Positions 39,889-51,024 of a DNA stretch of 64,000 bases are shown one piece after another. The position numbers and the translations under genes are program-made. Position 1 is the first letter of the stretch; each line of letters opens with the position of its first letter. Source of the stretch: an uncultured bacterium. GTDB taxonomy: Bacteria > Auribacterota > Erginobacteria > Erginobacterales > Erginobacteraceae. The notes beneath the pieces were generated by a model. That model did no database searches. It was not told the DNA's origin and saw only the letters and a list, made by a program, of their open reading frames with translations. The stretch is taken from assembly GCA_963822585.1 (NCBI GenBank), contig CAWGIE010000019.1, positions 256,001 through 320,000 on the forward strand, written 5' to 3'.

Positions 39889-41388
39889 TTAATTATCCAG
39901 CAGGGCTTCCGACTCGGCGATGACCGTCTCCAGGTCGGCGGAGTCCCCCTTCCCCACTTTGACCAGATAGTTGGCGATACTCAGGTTAACCCGGATCCGG
40001 AAGAGGCCGATCTTCTCCTCGATCCCTTCTTCGGGTTCCTGGCGGTTTTTGAGGTAGGTCCTGATGAATTCCTCCTCCCGATATTTCTCCAGCACTTCCG
40101 GAAAATGGCGGAACTGGTGACGGAACTGGGAAAGGAAGCAGCCGACGTCAAAAGCGGGATCGAAAACCAGCGAACTGTCGAAATCAATCACCGAGATAAA
40201 GAGCGTGCTGATGTCCTGCATCCGGTCCTGGCCGATAATGATGTTCTTGGGATGATAATCGCCGTGAATTTGAATGAACCGGTCCCGCTCTGAGGCAAAT
40301 AATTTTTCCTCTCTCCGGGAGACATATTCGACCAGCTTTTCAAACCGGACCGGGCGGTTCCCCGGAGAAGGGCGAAGATTGGCAAGATAGGACTGAAAAC
40401 GCTTCCGCTCCCATCGGACCGTTCGATCGGCGCGGCCTAACCGGAGACCGAGATCGTGGAGACAGGCCAGCCAGCGGGCCCCCAGGCGGTAATACCTGAT
40501 CCCGACGGACGGGTTGACGTTCTTGAGCAGGTCGAAGAGGAGGGCGCCCCGCTGCCCTTCCTCGATGACGACCCTTTCCCGTTCATCGATGTCGATGATC
40601 CGGGGAACCCGGAAGGTACCGCCCTCGAAACCGTGGCCGTGAAGAGCGGAGACAACCCGGCTGATGATCAGGGCCCGCTTCCATTTCTTTTCGGCCTCGA
40701 ACCGTTTCAGGATCAGCCGCTGGCGGTACTCGTCCTCACCTTTCGTTCCCAGGCTGATCTTGGTCACCACGACATGGCTCCCGGCGGCGGGGATTTCCTT
40801 GAGCAGGGGCCGGCAGCGGCCGCTCCTGATCTCCCCGGCCAGTTCTTCCACCGTCTTCACCGGATGATCGAATTGGGTGGGGAAAGTTCCGGCGGCAGTT
40901 CCCTCGTGGGCGTCGCTGCCCGCGATCGCGGTAAAGCGGTACCGGTGCCAGAGATCGAGAGCCCGATAATTTTCCTTCGGTGAATGATTGATATTAAAGA
41001 TCTCCACCGCGTCCAGATGCGGACTCAGAAGCTGCTCCTGAGACGGATCATGACCGCGGAGGGGGTGGGCCCAGACCAGGGCGGCAGCCGGGAAAAGCCG
41101 GCGTAGTCGGGCAAGTTCGGTTTTCTCTCCGATCGTCCGATCCACCCCATAAACCAGAATGTGGCCGAGATCGGTCTCCACTTCCTGGGCGGCGAAGATA
41201 AAAAAGTGATCTCCGCTCTCGGCCTCGCGCCGGAGGCGCTGCAGCTCCTCCCGGTTCCAGAGATAGTGGTGTTCGGTCAGAACGATCCCCTGCAGGTTCT
41301 TCTGCATCGCCTGACGGACAAGGTCCACCGGTTCCGCCTGGCTGCAGGCGGAATGACGGGACGTATGAACGTGCATCTCGAAGATCAT
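39889..41388 (-). CDS. PHP phosphoesterase + APH/choline-kinase-like phosphotransferase fusion
   Basis: HVHT, TEHH, GH, AHP, GSDAH (PHP); IHGDYHPKNI, IDFD (kinase). Confidence 0.85.
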   Translation of the reverse strand: MIFEMHVHTSRHSACSQAEPVDLVRQAMQKNLQGIVLTEHHYLWNREELQRLRREAESGDHFFIFAAQEVETDLGHILVYGVDRTIGEKTELARLRRLFPAAALVWAHPLRGHDPSQEQLLSPHLDAVEIFNINHSPKENYRALDLWHRYRFTAIAGSDAHEGTAAGTFPTQFDHPVKTVEELAGEIRSGRCRPLLKEIPAAGSHVVVTKISLGTKGEDEYRQRLILKRFEAEKKWKRALIISRVVSALHGHGFEGGTFRVPRIIDIDERERVVIEEGQRGALLFDLLKNVNPSVGIRYYRLGARWLACLHDLGLRLGRADRTVRWERKRFQSYLANLRPSPGNRPVRFEKLVEYVSRREEKLFASERDRFIQIHGDYHPKNIIIGQDRMQDISTLFISVIDFDSSLVFDPAFDVGCFLSQFRHQFRHFPEVLEKYREEEFIRTYLKNRQEPEEGIEEKIGLFRIRVNLSIANYLVKVGKGDSADLETVIAESEALLDN

Positions 41389-41789
41389 CAATATGTACCC
41401 CGGGGCCTTTTATCAGCCGCAAAAATGCGCAAAAATCGCAAAAGCTCCCACCGCCCTGCCCCCTTATACTAATACTAACAAATATCGAATAATGAATATC
41501 GAACTTCGAAGGTTCGCCTTGTCTCGGTTCTTTTACTTCGACATTCGGTGTTCGATATTCTACAGTTCGTTATTCGCTTTTCTCCCCGCCTCTCCCCTTT
41601 TTTGACAGGACGATTTTGGGACGAGACGATTTCCCTTGGAGTAAAGAAGAAGACATCGAAGATTTAGTTGGACGTTCGATGTTCAGTTTTTCCCATCACT
41701 CCACCAATCCAATACTCCATCACTCCCTGTCGCTTATACCTTTAGCACTGACGGTGCTTCATCTGTTGAAAATGTATTTCTCCTAATTA

Positions 41790-42500
41790 TCAATAACCCT
41801 TAAAGTTCTCGCTGATCACCTGTTCCGGCGGCAGTTTCAGGTCATTCCTGAGCATGGAAACGATCGCTTCGACCATTTTCGGCGGCCCGCAGACATAAAA
41901 GACCCAATCGGCGAAATCGGGGATCTCTTCCCTGATCACCTCGGAGCAGATCCGCCCCCGGCGGACCGTCCAGCCTTTGAGCGGCTTCTTTTCGGTCACC
42001 GTCAGGCTAACCGAAAGGTTGGGATTCCGTGCTTCCATCTCCCTGAAATCATCGAGGAAGACGAAATCCGCGCAGCTCCGGGCAGAGTAAATGACCCGGG
42101 CCCGGGAAGAGGAACCGGTATCGGTCAAATAGCGGCAGATGCTCCGGATAGGAGTGATGCCGATTCCGCCGGAAAGAAAAGCCGCCCGGGGTGACTGCCC
42201 ATCGAAGATGAACTGTCCGAGGGGAAGCTTCATCCTCACCCGGGCACCCGGCCTCAGGGAGAGGAGGGCCTGACAATATTCACTTTCGGAGAGCTTCTTG
42301 GTGAACTCCAGGTATCCCTTCTCGGTGGGTGAACTGGAAAAAGAGAAATAATGGTCGATCTCCTCTCCTTTCCAATTCAGGTAGAGCTGGAGAAATTGCC
42401 CGGGACGAAAATCAATCCCTTTCCGGTTGAACCGGAAACTGGTGACGTTATAAGTCCGTTTGATGACTTCGGTCAGGTCGGTCTCTATCTCATGGAACAT
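41790..42500 (-). CDS. FNR-like FAD/NAD(P)-binding oxidoreductase
   Basis: FRPGQF, YFSFSSSP, GGIGITP, YVCGPPKMV, ENF. Confidence 0.9.
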   Translation of the reverse strand: MFHEIETDLTEVIKRTYNVTSFRFNRKGIDFRPGQFLQLYLNWKGEEIDHYFSFSSSPTEKGYLEFTKKLSESEYCQALLSLRPGARVRMKLPLGQFIFDGQSPRAAFLSGGIGITPIRSICRYLTDTGSSSRARVIYSARSCADFVFLDDFREMEARNPNLSVSLTVTEKKPLKGWTVRRGRICSEVIREEIPDFADWVFYVCGPPKMVEAIVSMLRNDLKLPPEQVISENFKGY

Positions 42501-42543
42501 GCGGGATCTCCTCGTTTATCTGCGACTAGTTAATGAATTTTTC

Positions 42544-42650
42544 GCCACGAAGGATACGAAGAATATTTGGGGAAGGGGGATTAGGGAGTGGGGAGTTGAA
42601 GCCATTCACCACTCTCCAATCCCTATTCTCTATATCGTGTCCTTCGTGGT
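42544..42650. mobile_element. ~107-bp composite IR element (near-identical to 59813-59919)
   Basis: CCACGAAGG outer IR enclosing TGGGGA/TCCCTA heptamer arms. Confidence 0.75.
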
Positions 42651-42696
42651 TTAAAAAATATACGGATCAAAAGAGAACTCATAGATCCGGTTTGAA

Positions 42697-44118
42697 TCAC
42701 CGGTTGCAGAGGCGGGCCATGAGGCCCAGCAGTTTGCCTTTCCATCCGGCCAGAAGCTTCTCGTAAAACGTATCGGCGACTTTCCGGTTAAGACGGGAGA
42801 AGGTGGGATAAACGTGTATGAGGCCGGAGACGGCCGTCACCGGTATCCTCTCCTGCATGGCCAGCACCCATTCATGGATCAGCTCGCCGGCCCGGTCGGC
42901 GACGATGGCCGCGCCCAGAATCTCTCCCTTCTTCCCGCAGATAACCTTGGCCATCCCCTCGGTCTCTCCATCGGTTACCGCCCGATCGACGTCGGAACAG
43001 GGAAATCGGAGTACACGGTAGGGAAGCCCCGATTGTTTCGCCTCGTTTTCGGAGAGGCCGACCCGGGCCAGCTCCGGGTCGGTGAAGGTGCACCAGGGAA
43101 CCACCCGGTAATCGACCTTTTTACGGAACGGGAAGAGTGCGTTCTGGACCACGATCCTCGCCTCATATTCGGCCACATGGGTGAAGAGAAATTTATCTTT
43201 CACATCCCCGACCGCCCAGATGTTCCCGGCGGTTGTCCGGAGGTGGTCGTCCACGGAGATACCCTTCGGGCTATACTCGACCCCCGCTTTTTCGAGGTCG
43301 AGGCCTTCAACGTTGGCGGCACGGCCCAGGGCGACCAGGATCCCGGCGGCGCGGACCTCGTGTTTCTCGCCGTTCTTCTCGTAGGCAACGACTTTTTCGC
43401 CCCCTTCCGACCGGACTTCTACTATATCGACGCCGGTGGCAAACGCGGCGCCTTCCCTCTCCAGGCGCTTCCGGACCACCTCAACCATGTCTTCATCTTC
43501 CCGGGGCATGATCTGCGGCGCCTTGTCAAGCACCGTGACCGCTGACCCGAGGCGAATGAAAGCCTGGCAAAGTTCGATCGAGATCGGGCCGCCGCCGATA
43601 TGAATCAGGGAAGAAGGCAGGCTCTCCATCTGAAAAATATCTTCATTGGAGATGTATCCGGTATCTTCCAGGCCCGGGATGGGAAAGACATGGGGATGCC
43701 CCCCGGTGGCGATAACGAATTTTTTACTCTCCATGACCCGCTCGCCGACCCGGATATGGTGGGGGTCGAGGAACCGGGGCGCGCCGAAAACCACCTCCAC
43801 CCCCTTTTCGCGGAAACGTTCCGGGGCATCATGCTCGGCAACCACGGCCTGGACCGCCCGGAGTTTTTCCAGGACGGCGGCGGTGGAGAAGGACGGGTCC
43901 ATCCGGTTGAACCCGAATCGGTCGGCTGACCTGACAGCGGCGGCGACCCTGGCGGCGTGGAGAAGTGTTTTGCTGGGGACACAGCCCGTCCAGAGGCAGT
44001 CCCCTCCCAATTTATTCTTCTCGACCAGGGCGACCCGGAGACCGAGCCGGGCGGCCCCGAGAGCCGCGACCAGCCCCCCCGATCCTCCGCCGAGAACGAT
44101 AAGGTGGTAGGCGGCCAT
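42697..44118 (-). CDS. Pyridine nucleotide-disulfide oxidoreductase (MerA/Lpd-like)
   Basis: GGGSGG, GGDCLWTGCVPSK, IATG, GD, PWCTFTDPELA, HVYPT; no C-terminal CC pair. Confidence 0.9.
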   Translation of the reverse strand: MAAYHLIVLGGGSGGLVAALGAARLGLRVALVEKNKLGGDCLWTGCVPSKTLLHAARVAAAVRSADRFGFNRMDPSFSTAAVLEKLRAVQAVVAEHDAPERFREKGVEVVFGAPRFLDPHHIRVGERVMESKKFVIATGGHPHVFPIPGLEDTGYISNEDIFQMESLPSSLIHIGGGPISIELCQAFIRLGSAVTVLDKAPQIMPREDEDMVEVVRKRLEREGAAFATGVDIVEVRSEGGEKVVAYEKNGEKHEVRAAGILVALGRAANVEGLDLEKAGVEYSPKGISVDDHLRTTAGNIWAVGDVKDKFLFTHVAEYEARIVVQNALFPFRKKVDYRVVPWCTFTDPELARVGLSENEAKQSGLPYRVLRFPCSDVDRAVTDGETEGMAKVICGKKGEILGAAIVADRAGELIHEWVLAMQERIPVTAVSGLIHVYPTFSRLNRKVADTFYEKLLAGWKGKLLGLMARLCNR

Positions 44119-44151
44119 TGTTAACTCCTTGTTCAGGGATAGCATCCCGGA

Positions 44152-44961
44152 TTACGGTTTCTCGTTTAAATCCCAGTTATAGGGCAGATACTCGATCTTA
44201 TATTCTTTTACCGGATCCAGGTCCGGGCGATATTTTAAGATGAAAGCCTTGACCCCGCCGGCGGCCGTAAAGTCGTCTTCGAACCAGTCGAATATCTTGG
44301 AGACGACCAGATGATCTCCTTCCGGCCGCACTCCTTTGGCCGGGTTCCGGAGAAACTCCCCGGTATTATCATCAAGCTGGCCGTAAACCGCACCGGGGAG
44401 GTATACCTCTTTGCGCAAGTTGGGGCAGGAGAGGGATGCGCAGACTATGGCGAAGTGGATCCTCGGCTCGTTAAACTGCTTTCTGAGAATATCATGCTCG
44501 ATCTCGTTCAGTGTATACTCCTTCCCGCCGATCTTCCCGGCATCTTTCTTCCAGACCGAGGTAAAAAGTGATCCGATATCCTTGATACTCTCCACGGGAT
44601 AATGTTCCACCACCAGCTTTACGGCCAGAAAATTATAGGCGTTGATCCAGAAAGCAAGAGCATCCGGCCCCGGTTTGAGAGTGGGCGTGGAAAATCGCTC
44701 CAGACGATCGACCATTTTCGTGAAGGCGGGGTCTCTCTTAATCGCCGGGTAGTCGAGGACCGTCAACTCGATCCCCTCCTTCTCCGTCCGTGAAAGATAT
44801 TTTCCGAGCAGGGTCTGGTAGGGTTGCCAGAAATCCACTTGGTCGGCCAGGACGATGTCTTTTACCGCATCAGCGCCGGCGGACGCGAAGGGAGGGAGCA
44901 TTCCCATGGATACAATAAGCATAACGCCGAAAAGAATATATCCCCGCGAGAGTTCGGTCAT
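44152..44961 (-). CDS. DUF547 domain secreted protein
   Basis: AFWINAYN, TLNEIEH.ILR, EPRIHFAIVCASLSCP, SKIFDWF..DF, YNWDLN; ATGA overlap with the upstream gene. Confidence 0.9.
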   Translation of the reverse strand: MTELSRGYILFGVMLIVSMGMLPPFASAGADAVKDIVLADQVDFWQPYQTLLGKYLSRTEKEGIELTVLDYPAIKRDPAFTKMVDRLERFSTPTLKPGPDALAFWINAYNFLAVKLVVEHYPVESIKDIGSLFTSVWKKDAGKIGGKEYTLNEIEHDILRKQFNEPRIHFAIVCASLSCPNLRKEVYLPGAVYGQLDDNTGEFLRNPAKGVRPEGDHLVVSKIFDWFEDDFTAAGGVKAFILKYRPDLDPVKEYKIEYLPYNWDLNEKP

Positions 44962-45698
44962 GATCTTTCCTCCCCGGTTGCTCCAGCCTCTTTTCGAAAA
45001 CACACGCCGCCGGGACAGGTGTTCGCCAGCGCCCGGCGAGCGACACGGGTTATGTAGACAGTGACGGCGGCCGTGGCTACGAAACCGGCGATCTTCAAGA
45101 TCAACTGTCCTGTTTCGGCCCCCGTCGTAACGGAGTTGCCCAGGGAACCGATATAGACATACATGATCGTGCCGGGAAGCATGCCGATCCAGGAGGCGAA
45201 AAAATACCGGGAGAGGCGCACTCCGGTCAGGCCGTAGGCATAATTGAGAAGGGTAAAGGGGAAGACCGGCGAGAGGCGCGTAAGCAGGACGATAAGGAAA
45301 CCCCGCTGCCCGACCGCATCGTCGATGCTCTTGAACCGCGGATTGTTCTCCACCCTGCGGGCGATGGCATCCCGGGCCAGGTAGCGGCCGATCAGGAAGG
45401 CGGCCGTCGCGCCCAGGATGGAGCCGATCGAGACCAGGATCGTTCCGCCGACCAGGCCGTAAACCAGGCCCGCGGCCAGGGTGATGAGCCAGGCCGGACC
45501 GGCCAGAACGGTCAGGACAATATAGACTATAATGAAGATAAGGTATCCGAAGGTCCCCTGTCCCTCGATCCAGGTGATGAGACCGTTCTCCCCGACCAGC
45601 CATTCCTTGACCGGCAGCATCTTGAAAGCAACGACCAGGCCGGCCAGGATGATAAGAAGGATAAGAATTTTAAGGGCCGTTTCCCTTTTTACCTCCAT
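44958..45698 (-). CDS. TVP38/TMEM64 (DedA-like) membrane protein
   Basis: GATAAFLIGRY, LTRLSPVFPF.LLNYA.GLT, GMLPGT. Confidence 0.92.
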   Translation of the reverse strand: MEVKRETALKILILLIILAGLVVAFKMLPVKEWLVGENGLITWIEGQGTFGYLIFIIVYIVLTVLAGPAWLITLAAGLVYGLVGGTILVSIGSILGATAAFLIGRYLARDAIARRVENNPRFKSIDDAVGQRGFLIVLLTRLSPVFPFTLLNYAYGLTGVRLSRYFFASWIGMLPGTIMYVYIGSLGNSVTTGAETGQLILKIAGFVATAAVTVYITRVARRALANTCPGGVCFRKEAGATGEERS

Positions 45699-45723
45699 AT
45701 CTTCAGGCTCCCTTCAAACCTCA

Positions 45724-47265
45724 TCACAACGTGAACCAGCTCCGTCCTTCTTTCGCAAGCAGCACGGCCGCCTCGTCCGGACCCCAGGTCCCGGCGGGAT
45801 AGTTGGGAAAACCGGTGGGAGGTACCGCCTCCCAACAGTCGATGATGGGATCGACAATATCCCACTGCGCTTCCACCCCGTCCCGGCGGATGAAGAGCGT
45901 CATGTCGCCCTTCATGCAGTCGATCAGGAGACGCTGATAAGGCGGTCGGTTTTTCATCTTGAATGCCGCCTGGTAGTCGAACTCCATCGTCACCGGATAG
46001 ATTACGTTCCGAGCCCGGGGATACTTGACGCCGAAATGGAGAAAGATTTCTTCCCGGGGCTGGATGGTGAGAACAAGCGTGTTGGGATGAAGTGTTTCGC
46101 AGGTCCGGCTGAAGAGCCGCAGAGGAGGCTGCTTGAACTGGATACAGATCTGGGTAACACGGCGGGGGAGGCGCTTCCCCGCCCGGATATAGAACGGAAC
46201 GCCGGCCCAGCGCCAGGAATCGATCAGGAGCCGGGCGGCGATGAAGGTGGGCGTCAGGGAATCCGGAGAGACCGCCGCTTCCTCCCGGTAAGCGGCGACC
46301 GCCGATCCGTCCACGTTCCCCGGGCCGTACTGGCCCCGGACCGCGAAGTCGTCGACGGTTTTTTCATCCATCACCCGGATCGATCGGAATATCTTGACCT
46401 TCTCGTCCCGGATATAATCGGCCTGGAAGCCGACCGGTGGCTCCATGGCAACCAGGGCGACGAGCTGAAGCATGTGGTTCTGGACGATATCCCGCACCAC
46501 GCCGGCATGCTCGTAAAATGAGCCGCGGTGCCCGATTCCGATACTCTCCGCCACGGTTATCTGGACGTTGTCGACATAGCGGCGATTCCAGAGTGGCTCG
46601 AAGATGGAGTTCGCGAAACGGAAGAAGATGATGTTTTGGACGGTCTCCTTCCCCAGGTAGTGATCGATCCGGTATATCTGTCTCTCATCAAAGGCTTCCA
46701 GGATCGCGCGATTGAGCGTTTCCGCGGTCGCACGGTTATCTCCGAAAGGTTTTTCGATGATAATTTTGGTATCGAACCGCTCCCGGCAGAGCTGGTGGGC
46801 GGCCAGCCGGCGGACGATGACCGGGAAGCAGGAAGGGGGAACCGCCATGTAATAGATCACAGGCCGCTTCGCCTCTCCCTGCCGGGCGCCGCAGAGACGG
46901 TTCAGCTCTCTCACCAGTTTCTCATAGTTCGCGTCTGTATCGAAATCCCCGGGGAGATACTCGAGATGGGGGGCAAACTCATCCCACTTCTCCTGATTGA
47001 AAGGTTCTTCTCCGAACTCACGGACGGCTTCGCCGACCAGCTTCCGGTAGCCGGGAGAGTCTATCTCGGGGAGGCCGAAACCGACGATGGAGAAATCCTC
47101 CGGGAGGTCACCCTCCCGGAAGATGTGAAAGAGGGTGGGGAGGAGTTTGCGGCGGCTCAGGTCGCCCGCGCCGCCAAAGATCACCATGGTGAAGGGCGCG
47201 ATCCGGGAGTCGTCGAGGGGGATATCGCAGGTCTGCAGCAGAGTATTATTATCCATATCGTTCAT
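45724..47265 (-). CDS. zwf: Glucose-6-phosphate dehydrogenase
   Basis: [46 protein letters not shown]; exact start uncertain. Confidence 0.95.
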   Translation of the reverse strand: MNDMDNNTLLQTCDIPLDDSRIAPFTMVIFGGAGDLSRRKLLPTLFHIFREGDLPEDFSIVGFGLPEIDSPGYRKLVGEAVREFGEEPFNQEKWDEFAPHLEYLPGDFDTDANYEKLVRELNRLCGARQGEAKRPVIYYMAVPPSCFPVIVRRLAAHQLCRERFDTKIIIEKPFGDNRATAETLNRAILEAFDERQIYRIDHYLGKETVQNIIFFRFANSIFEPLWNRRYVDNVQITVAESIGIGHRGSFYEHAGVVRDIVQNHMLQLVALVAMEPPVGFQADYIRDEKVKIFRSIRVMDEKTVDDFAVRGQYGPGNVDGSAVAAYREEAAVSPDSLTPTFIAARLLIDSWRWAGVPFYIRAGKRLPRRVTQICIQFKQPPLRLFSRTCETLHPNTLVLTIQPREEIFLHFGVKYPRARNVIYPVTMEFDYQAAFKMKNRPPYQRLLIDCMKGDMTLFIRRDGVEAQWDIVDPIIDCWEAVPPTGFPNYPAGTWGPDEAAVLLAKEGRSWFTL

Positions 47266-47351
47266 TCTATCTGATGTTCCTAGACTGTGCAAAACATAGT
47301 ATAACCACGAAGGACACGAAGAACACGAAGAAAAGAAAAATATCAGGGAAC

Positions 47352-48023
47352 TCAGTCAGGGTATAGTTCACTGATGACCTGCCTGGTATGGGGTGGAATG
47401 ACTCTATCGGAAGGTTCCCCACCCGAGGCGAAGGTGTCCAGATCACTTACCCGGTCAATGTCAGCCAGCTCTTCAAGAAGTTGAAACGAACATCCCTCAC
47501 GTTTCAAGGCCGCAATGGTTTTACACAAGACCGCTTTTGTCCCCCACTCGATGCCGGTGAAGAGTTCGGGGAACTCATGGGATAATCCAACCAGATAATA
47601 TCCGCCGTCCCGGGCCGGGCCCAGGACGGCGGGACAGTCCTCCAGGGCGGCAAAGGCATCGCGGAGATCGGCGGCCGCCAGGAGCGGGCAGTCGGAGCCG
47701 ATCAAAACGATCTTCTGAAAACGGCGCTGAAAATATCGCCGGAAGGCGGCGACCATTCTCGCTCCCAGATCGTCGCCCTGCTGGGGGAAACAATCGACGG
47801 CTCCGGGGGCCACGGTATGGAAATACGGTCCCGCGCCTTCTCCCCGATACCCGACGGCGAAAGGACGCCCCGTTGCCCGGAGCGTGTCGAGCGTGTCCAG
47901 CAGAAAGGCCTCATAGAGCCGGGCGGCCTGTTCCGGACCGATACCCGCCGCCAGCCGGGTTTTGACCCTGCCGGGGACGGGTTCTCGAGCGAACAATATT
48001 AGGATTTCAGAATTTTTCACCAA
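47352..48023 (-). CDS. TIGR04282/DUF2064-family transferase
   Basis: [48 protein letters not shown]. Confidence 0.9.
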   Translation of the reverse strand: MVKNSEILILFAREPVPGRVKTRLAAGIGPEQAARLYEAFLLDTLDTLRATGRPFAVGYRGEGAGPYFHTVAPGAVDCFPQQGDDLGARMVAAFRRYFQRRFQKIVLIGSDCPLLAAADLRDAFAALEDCPAVLGPARDGGYYLVGLSHEFPELFTGIEWGTKAVLCKTIAALKREGCSFQLLEELADIDRVSDLDTFASGGEPSDRVIPPHTRQVISELYPD

Positions 48024-48383
48024 AACATATTTTATTCACCGCGAAGAACACGAAGAATAAAAACAAATAATAAATCACAAGCACCAAATAACAAACAAAT
48101 CACAATTTCAAAATTACAATGACCGAAACATCCAAACGACGGCGTGGCATTGGCCATCTTTACTTCTCGAAGAGTGTAGTTAATATCTTTGTTTGCTCAT
48201 TAGCTTCCTTGCAGCTTTGGCAAACTGGACGTTCCGCTTCGGGACCATATTTCGACCCGTGGTTTGTGATTTTGGTCATTAGGTATTTGGAATTTATTTG
48301 TCATTTGGAATTTGTGATTTGGAATTTTACTCGAAAATAATTTATTACAATGTCTGAGTTATTGCCCGAACATACAGTAATGA

Positions 48384-49088
48384 TTACCCTATCACTCCAT
48401 AGATTCGGGCCAGGATATCGGGGGAGACGCCGAGACGGAAGAGGAGCGGGAGGGCCTTGAGTTTGATGAAATTGCCCAGAAGGTTCTTTTCCCATCGGCG
48501 GCCCGATACCCGGACAATGCCGTCCACCAGCATGATCTTTCCCTCCCGGGAGAGCCGGCGGGAGAAATCGAGGTCCTCCATGACCGGATAGTCACGGAAA
48601 CCACCGATGCGTCCAAAGATCGGGCGGGGAAGAAAGAGAGCCTGGTCCCCGTAGGGACGCCGTGTAAAGCGGGAACGCCAGTCGGCGGTCCGGACCAGTG
48701 CCTTGAACAGCCGGGTATGGGGCTGATCAAGGACCGTCTCGATCTTGAAGGCCCCACCGACCACGCCCGGGACCGAGAGCGCCGCGGCAATCAGGCCGGC
48801 TGTTTTGAAGGGGAGTATGGCGTCAGCATGAAGAAAGAGCAGCACTTCCCCCGCGGCGGCCTGCGCCCCCCGGTTCATCTGCCGACCTCTGCCAGGTGAA
48901 CCGGTAACAATGATGACTTCCGGATATATCCGTGCCAGCTCCAAAGTCCGGTCACAGCTCCCCCCGTCGGAGACGATGATCTCAGCCTCCCGGCCGGGGA
49001 AAACCTGGCGCACGTTATCCAGAGTGAGGCCGATCCTTTTCTCCTCGTTCAACGAGGGAATAACTACGCTCAGCCAGGGAGAATTCAT
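48384..49088 (-). CDS. TIGR04283-family GT2 glycosyltransferase
   Basis: VVIPSLNEE, DGGS.D.T, GRGRQMN.GA, FLHAD, PYGDQ, MED, SGRRW. Confidence 0.9.
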   Translation of the reverse strand: MNSPWLSVVIPSLNEEKRIGLTLDNVRQVFPGREAEIIVSDGGSCDRTLELARIYPEVIIVTGSPGRGRQMNRGAQAAAGEVLLFLHADAILPFKTAGLIAAALSVPGVVGGAFKIETVLDQPHTRLFKALVRTADWRSRFTRRPYGDQALFLPRPIFGRIGGFRDYPVMEDLDFSRRLSREGKIMLVDGIVRVSGRRWEKNLLGNFIKLKALPLLFRLGVSPDILARIYGVIG

Positions 49089-49427
49089 GATAGAACTTAG
49101 CGCCTGCGGCGCTACTAATGACGAAATCCGAATGACGAATGACGAATGAAATCCAAATGACAAATGAACCAATTCTCAATTTCCTTTCTGCTCCGCGGCG
49201 CGGGCAATGGAGGCGCATTTGGTCATCCGCCTTCGCGAGAGCGCCGAAGCCGCTCCGGCGGCGGCGCGTTGGTATTTGTTTTTCGTCATTCTTTCGTCAT
49301 TCATGTTGTTTTTACTAATTTATTGAAATTCCGAAGCGGAAACGAGGGAGCGTCCCCGTTAAAATCGGCCGGGGGGGGGAAATATTCGGAGGGAGGGACT
49401 CCTCCCTGACTGACGACCGGGAGCGAT

Positions 49428-49703
49428 CTACTTGAAATTGTGTTTTATGTAATGGTCCGGGTTGACCCCGATGTACTCAGGACAGAAGACCTTCTTGCCA
49501 TCGCACATGGGGCAGTCGTGTCCCACCCTATCTCGAAATTTTTTCCTGATCGCCGACGAGGCCGCGAGGTAATTTGCCCCGGCCGGATCAAGGGCGTTTT
49601 CTTCCCCGCTGGCGGCAAGCTTGTTGAGGCAGATCTGTTCTTTGCTGATCTCTGTAGCTGCCTCATCACCCTTATTCCGCAGATGTCGAAAAAAGCGCAT
49701 CAT
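49428..49703 (-). CDS. Small hypothetical protein with CxxC...C...H tail
   Basis: ORF only; HDCPMCDGKKVFCPEY. Confidence 0.45.
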   Translation of the reverse strand: MMRFFRHLRNKGDEAATEISKEQICLNKLAASGEENALDPAGANYLAASSAIRKKFRDRVGHDCPMCDGKKVFCPEYIGVNPDHYIKHNFK

Positions 49704-49724
49704 CGGCTCTCTAAGGTAGTGGGC

Positions 49725-50015
49725 TTAACCCGATTTATTCATAAATCGGGTTAGTTTTGAACCATGACCAAGCTTACATGAACAGCCACACGAAAAAATA
49801 TTAATTTTATCAAATTCTCCGGCAATGAATTACAGCCAAAGGCCCGCTTCTGCCGACCGCGTTAACAGGAAGAATACCATGTCCCCCTTTCGGAGAAGAA
49901 AAAGCAGAGTGCTGTCGCCGCATAAACAAGATCGCTATTCATACTATATTGAACGACAATTAGTAACCTGGATTATTCATGATAATTTTCAATTTTCATG
50001 AATAATCCAGGTTAA
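49725..50015. mobile_element. 291-bp MITE-like element, copy 2
   Basis: Direct copy of 2770-3060. Confidence 0.8.
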
Positions 50016-50268
50016 GGCCTTCTCCCTCAGGGCTCCAAGTGCATGAAGCCAATTGCTAAAAAGATGTTACCCCAAACAACCGGAGAATGTCACGAAAAAT
50101 ACAGCGAACCGCTCTTCGGATTACTGTCCGTTGAACCGTGACTCCTTGCTATAAACGTCAAAAGTATCTGGTGAATAATACGGGATGGTCGTATAATCCC
50201 TGCGGCCCCCGGGGCTCGGTTTAGCCGGATCTGATGTTTTAATCACTTTTCTTTTCAGCGGATAGACG

Positions 50269-51024
50269 ATGTTTCTCTACGGGAAAAACTCGGTTGCTGA
50301 GCGTCTGAAGATCAATCCCGGCAGTATCAGGAAGATCTATCTTCGGGATAACCTCCGGGACCCGGAACTGGCCGGTATTGTCCGCGCCAGCGGTATCCCA
50401 TTCGATTTCGCCGGGGAGAAGGAAATAAACCGGTTCGCGGGGACCGAACGGCGGCAGGCAATCGCGGCCGAAGTGGACGATTACCGCTATACACCCTACC
50501 TGGAACTGATGCAGAACGGGCAGTACCCCAGACGCACGCTCCTCTTCCTGGACCGGGTGAGCGACCCCCAGAATCTGGGGGCCGTTATTCGGACCGCCGC
50601 CTGCTTCGGAGGATTCGCCATCGTCTTGCCCCGGCATGAGGCCTGCGGGGTGACCGAGACCGTCCTCCATGTCGCTGCCGGCGGAGAAAACTACGTGCCG
50701 GTGGCAATCGTCACCAACCTCTCCCGGGCGCTGAGAGAAGCCAAGAAGGGAGGCTTCTGGACAGCGGGAGCGGTGACGGGCGGCGGCAGCGTCGTATCCC
50801 GGACCGATCTTCCTTTCCCGCTCTGCCTGGTCATCGGCTCGGAAGGGAGCGGGATACGGTACGGGGTGGGGAAACAGCTTGATCTCATCGTCACTCTCCC
50901 CATGGAGGGGGCCGCTCTTTCTTTCAACGCGGCGGCGGCCGCCGCGATTTTCTGCTACGAGATCACCCGGCAGAGAGCCGGGCGGGAAACATCAAACGGC
51001 AACCGGGGTGCCGGTAATGAATAA
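50269..51024 (+). CDS. rlmB: TrmH/SpoU 23S rRNA 2'-O-methyltransferase
   Basis: [38 protein letters not shown]. Confidence 0.85.
   Translation: MFLYGKNSVAERLKINPGSIRKIYLRDNLRDPELAGIVRASGIPFDFAGEKEINRFAGTERRQAIAAEVDDYRYTPYLELMQNGQYPRRTLLFLDRVSDPQNLGAVIRTAACFGGFAIVLPRHEACGVTETVLHVAAGGENYVPVAIVTNLSRALREAKKGGFWTAGAVTGGGSVVSRTDLPFPLCLVIGSEGSGIRYGVGKQLDLIVTLPMEGAALSFNAAAAAAIFCYEITRQRAGRETSNGNRGAGNE

Noticed and set aside
42697..44118. Mercuric reductase merA
   Set aside because: It lacks the C-terminal Cys-Cys pair and there is no mer operon
44152..45603. 483-aa ORF as a long DUF547 protein
   Set aside because: The N-terminal extension is an alternate frame of the TVP38 gene; ATG 44961 overlaps the TVP38 stop and is followed by a signal peptide
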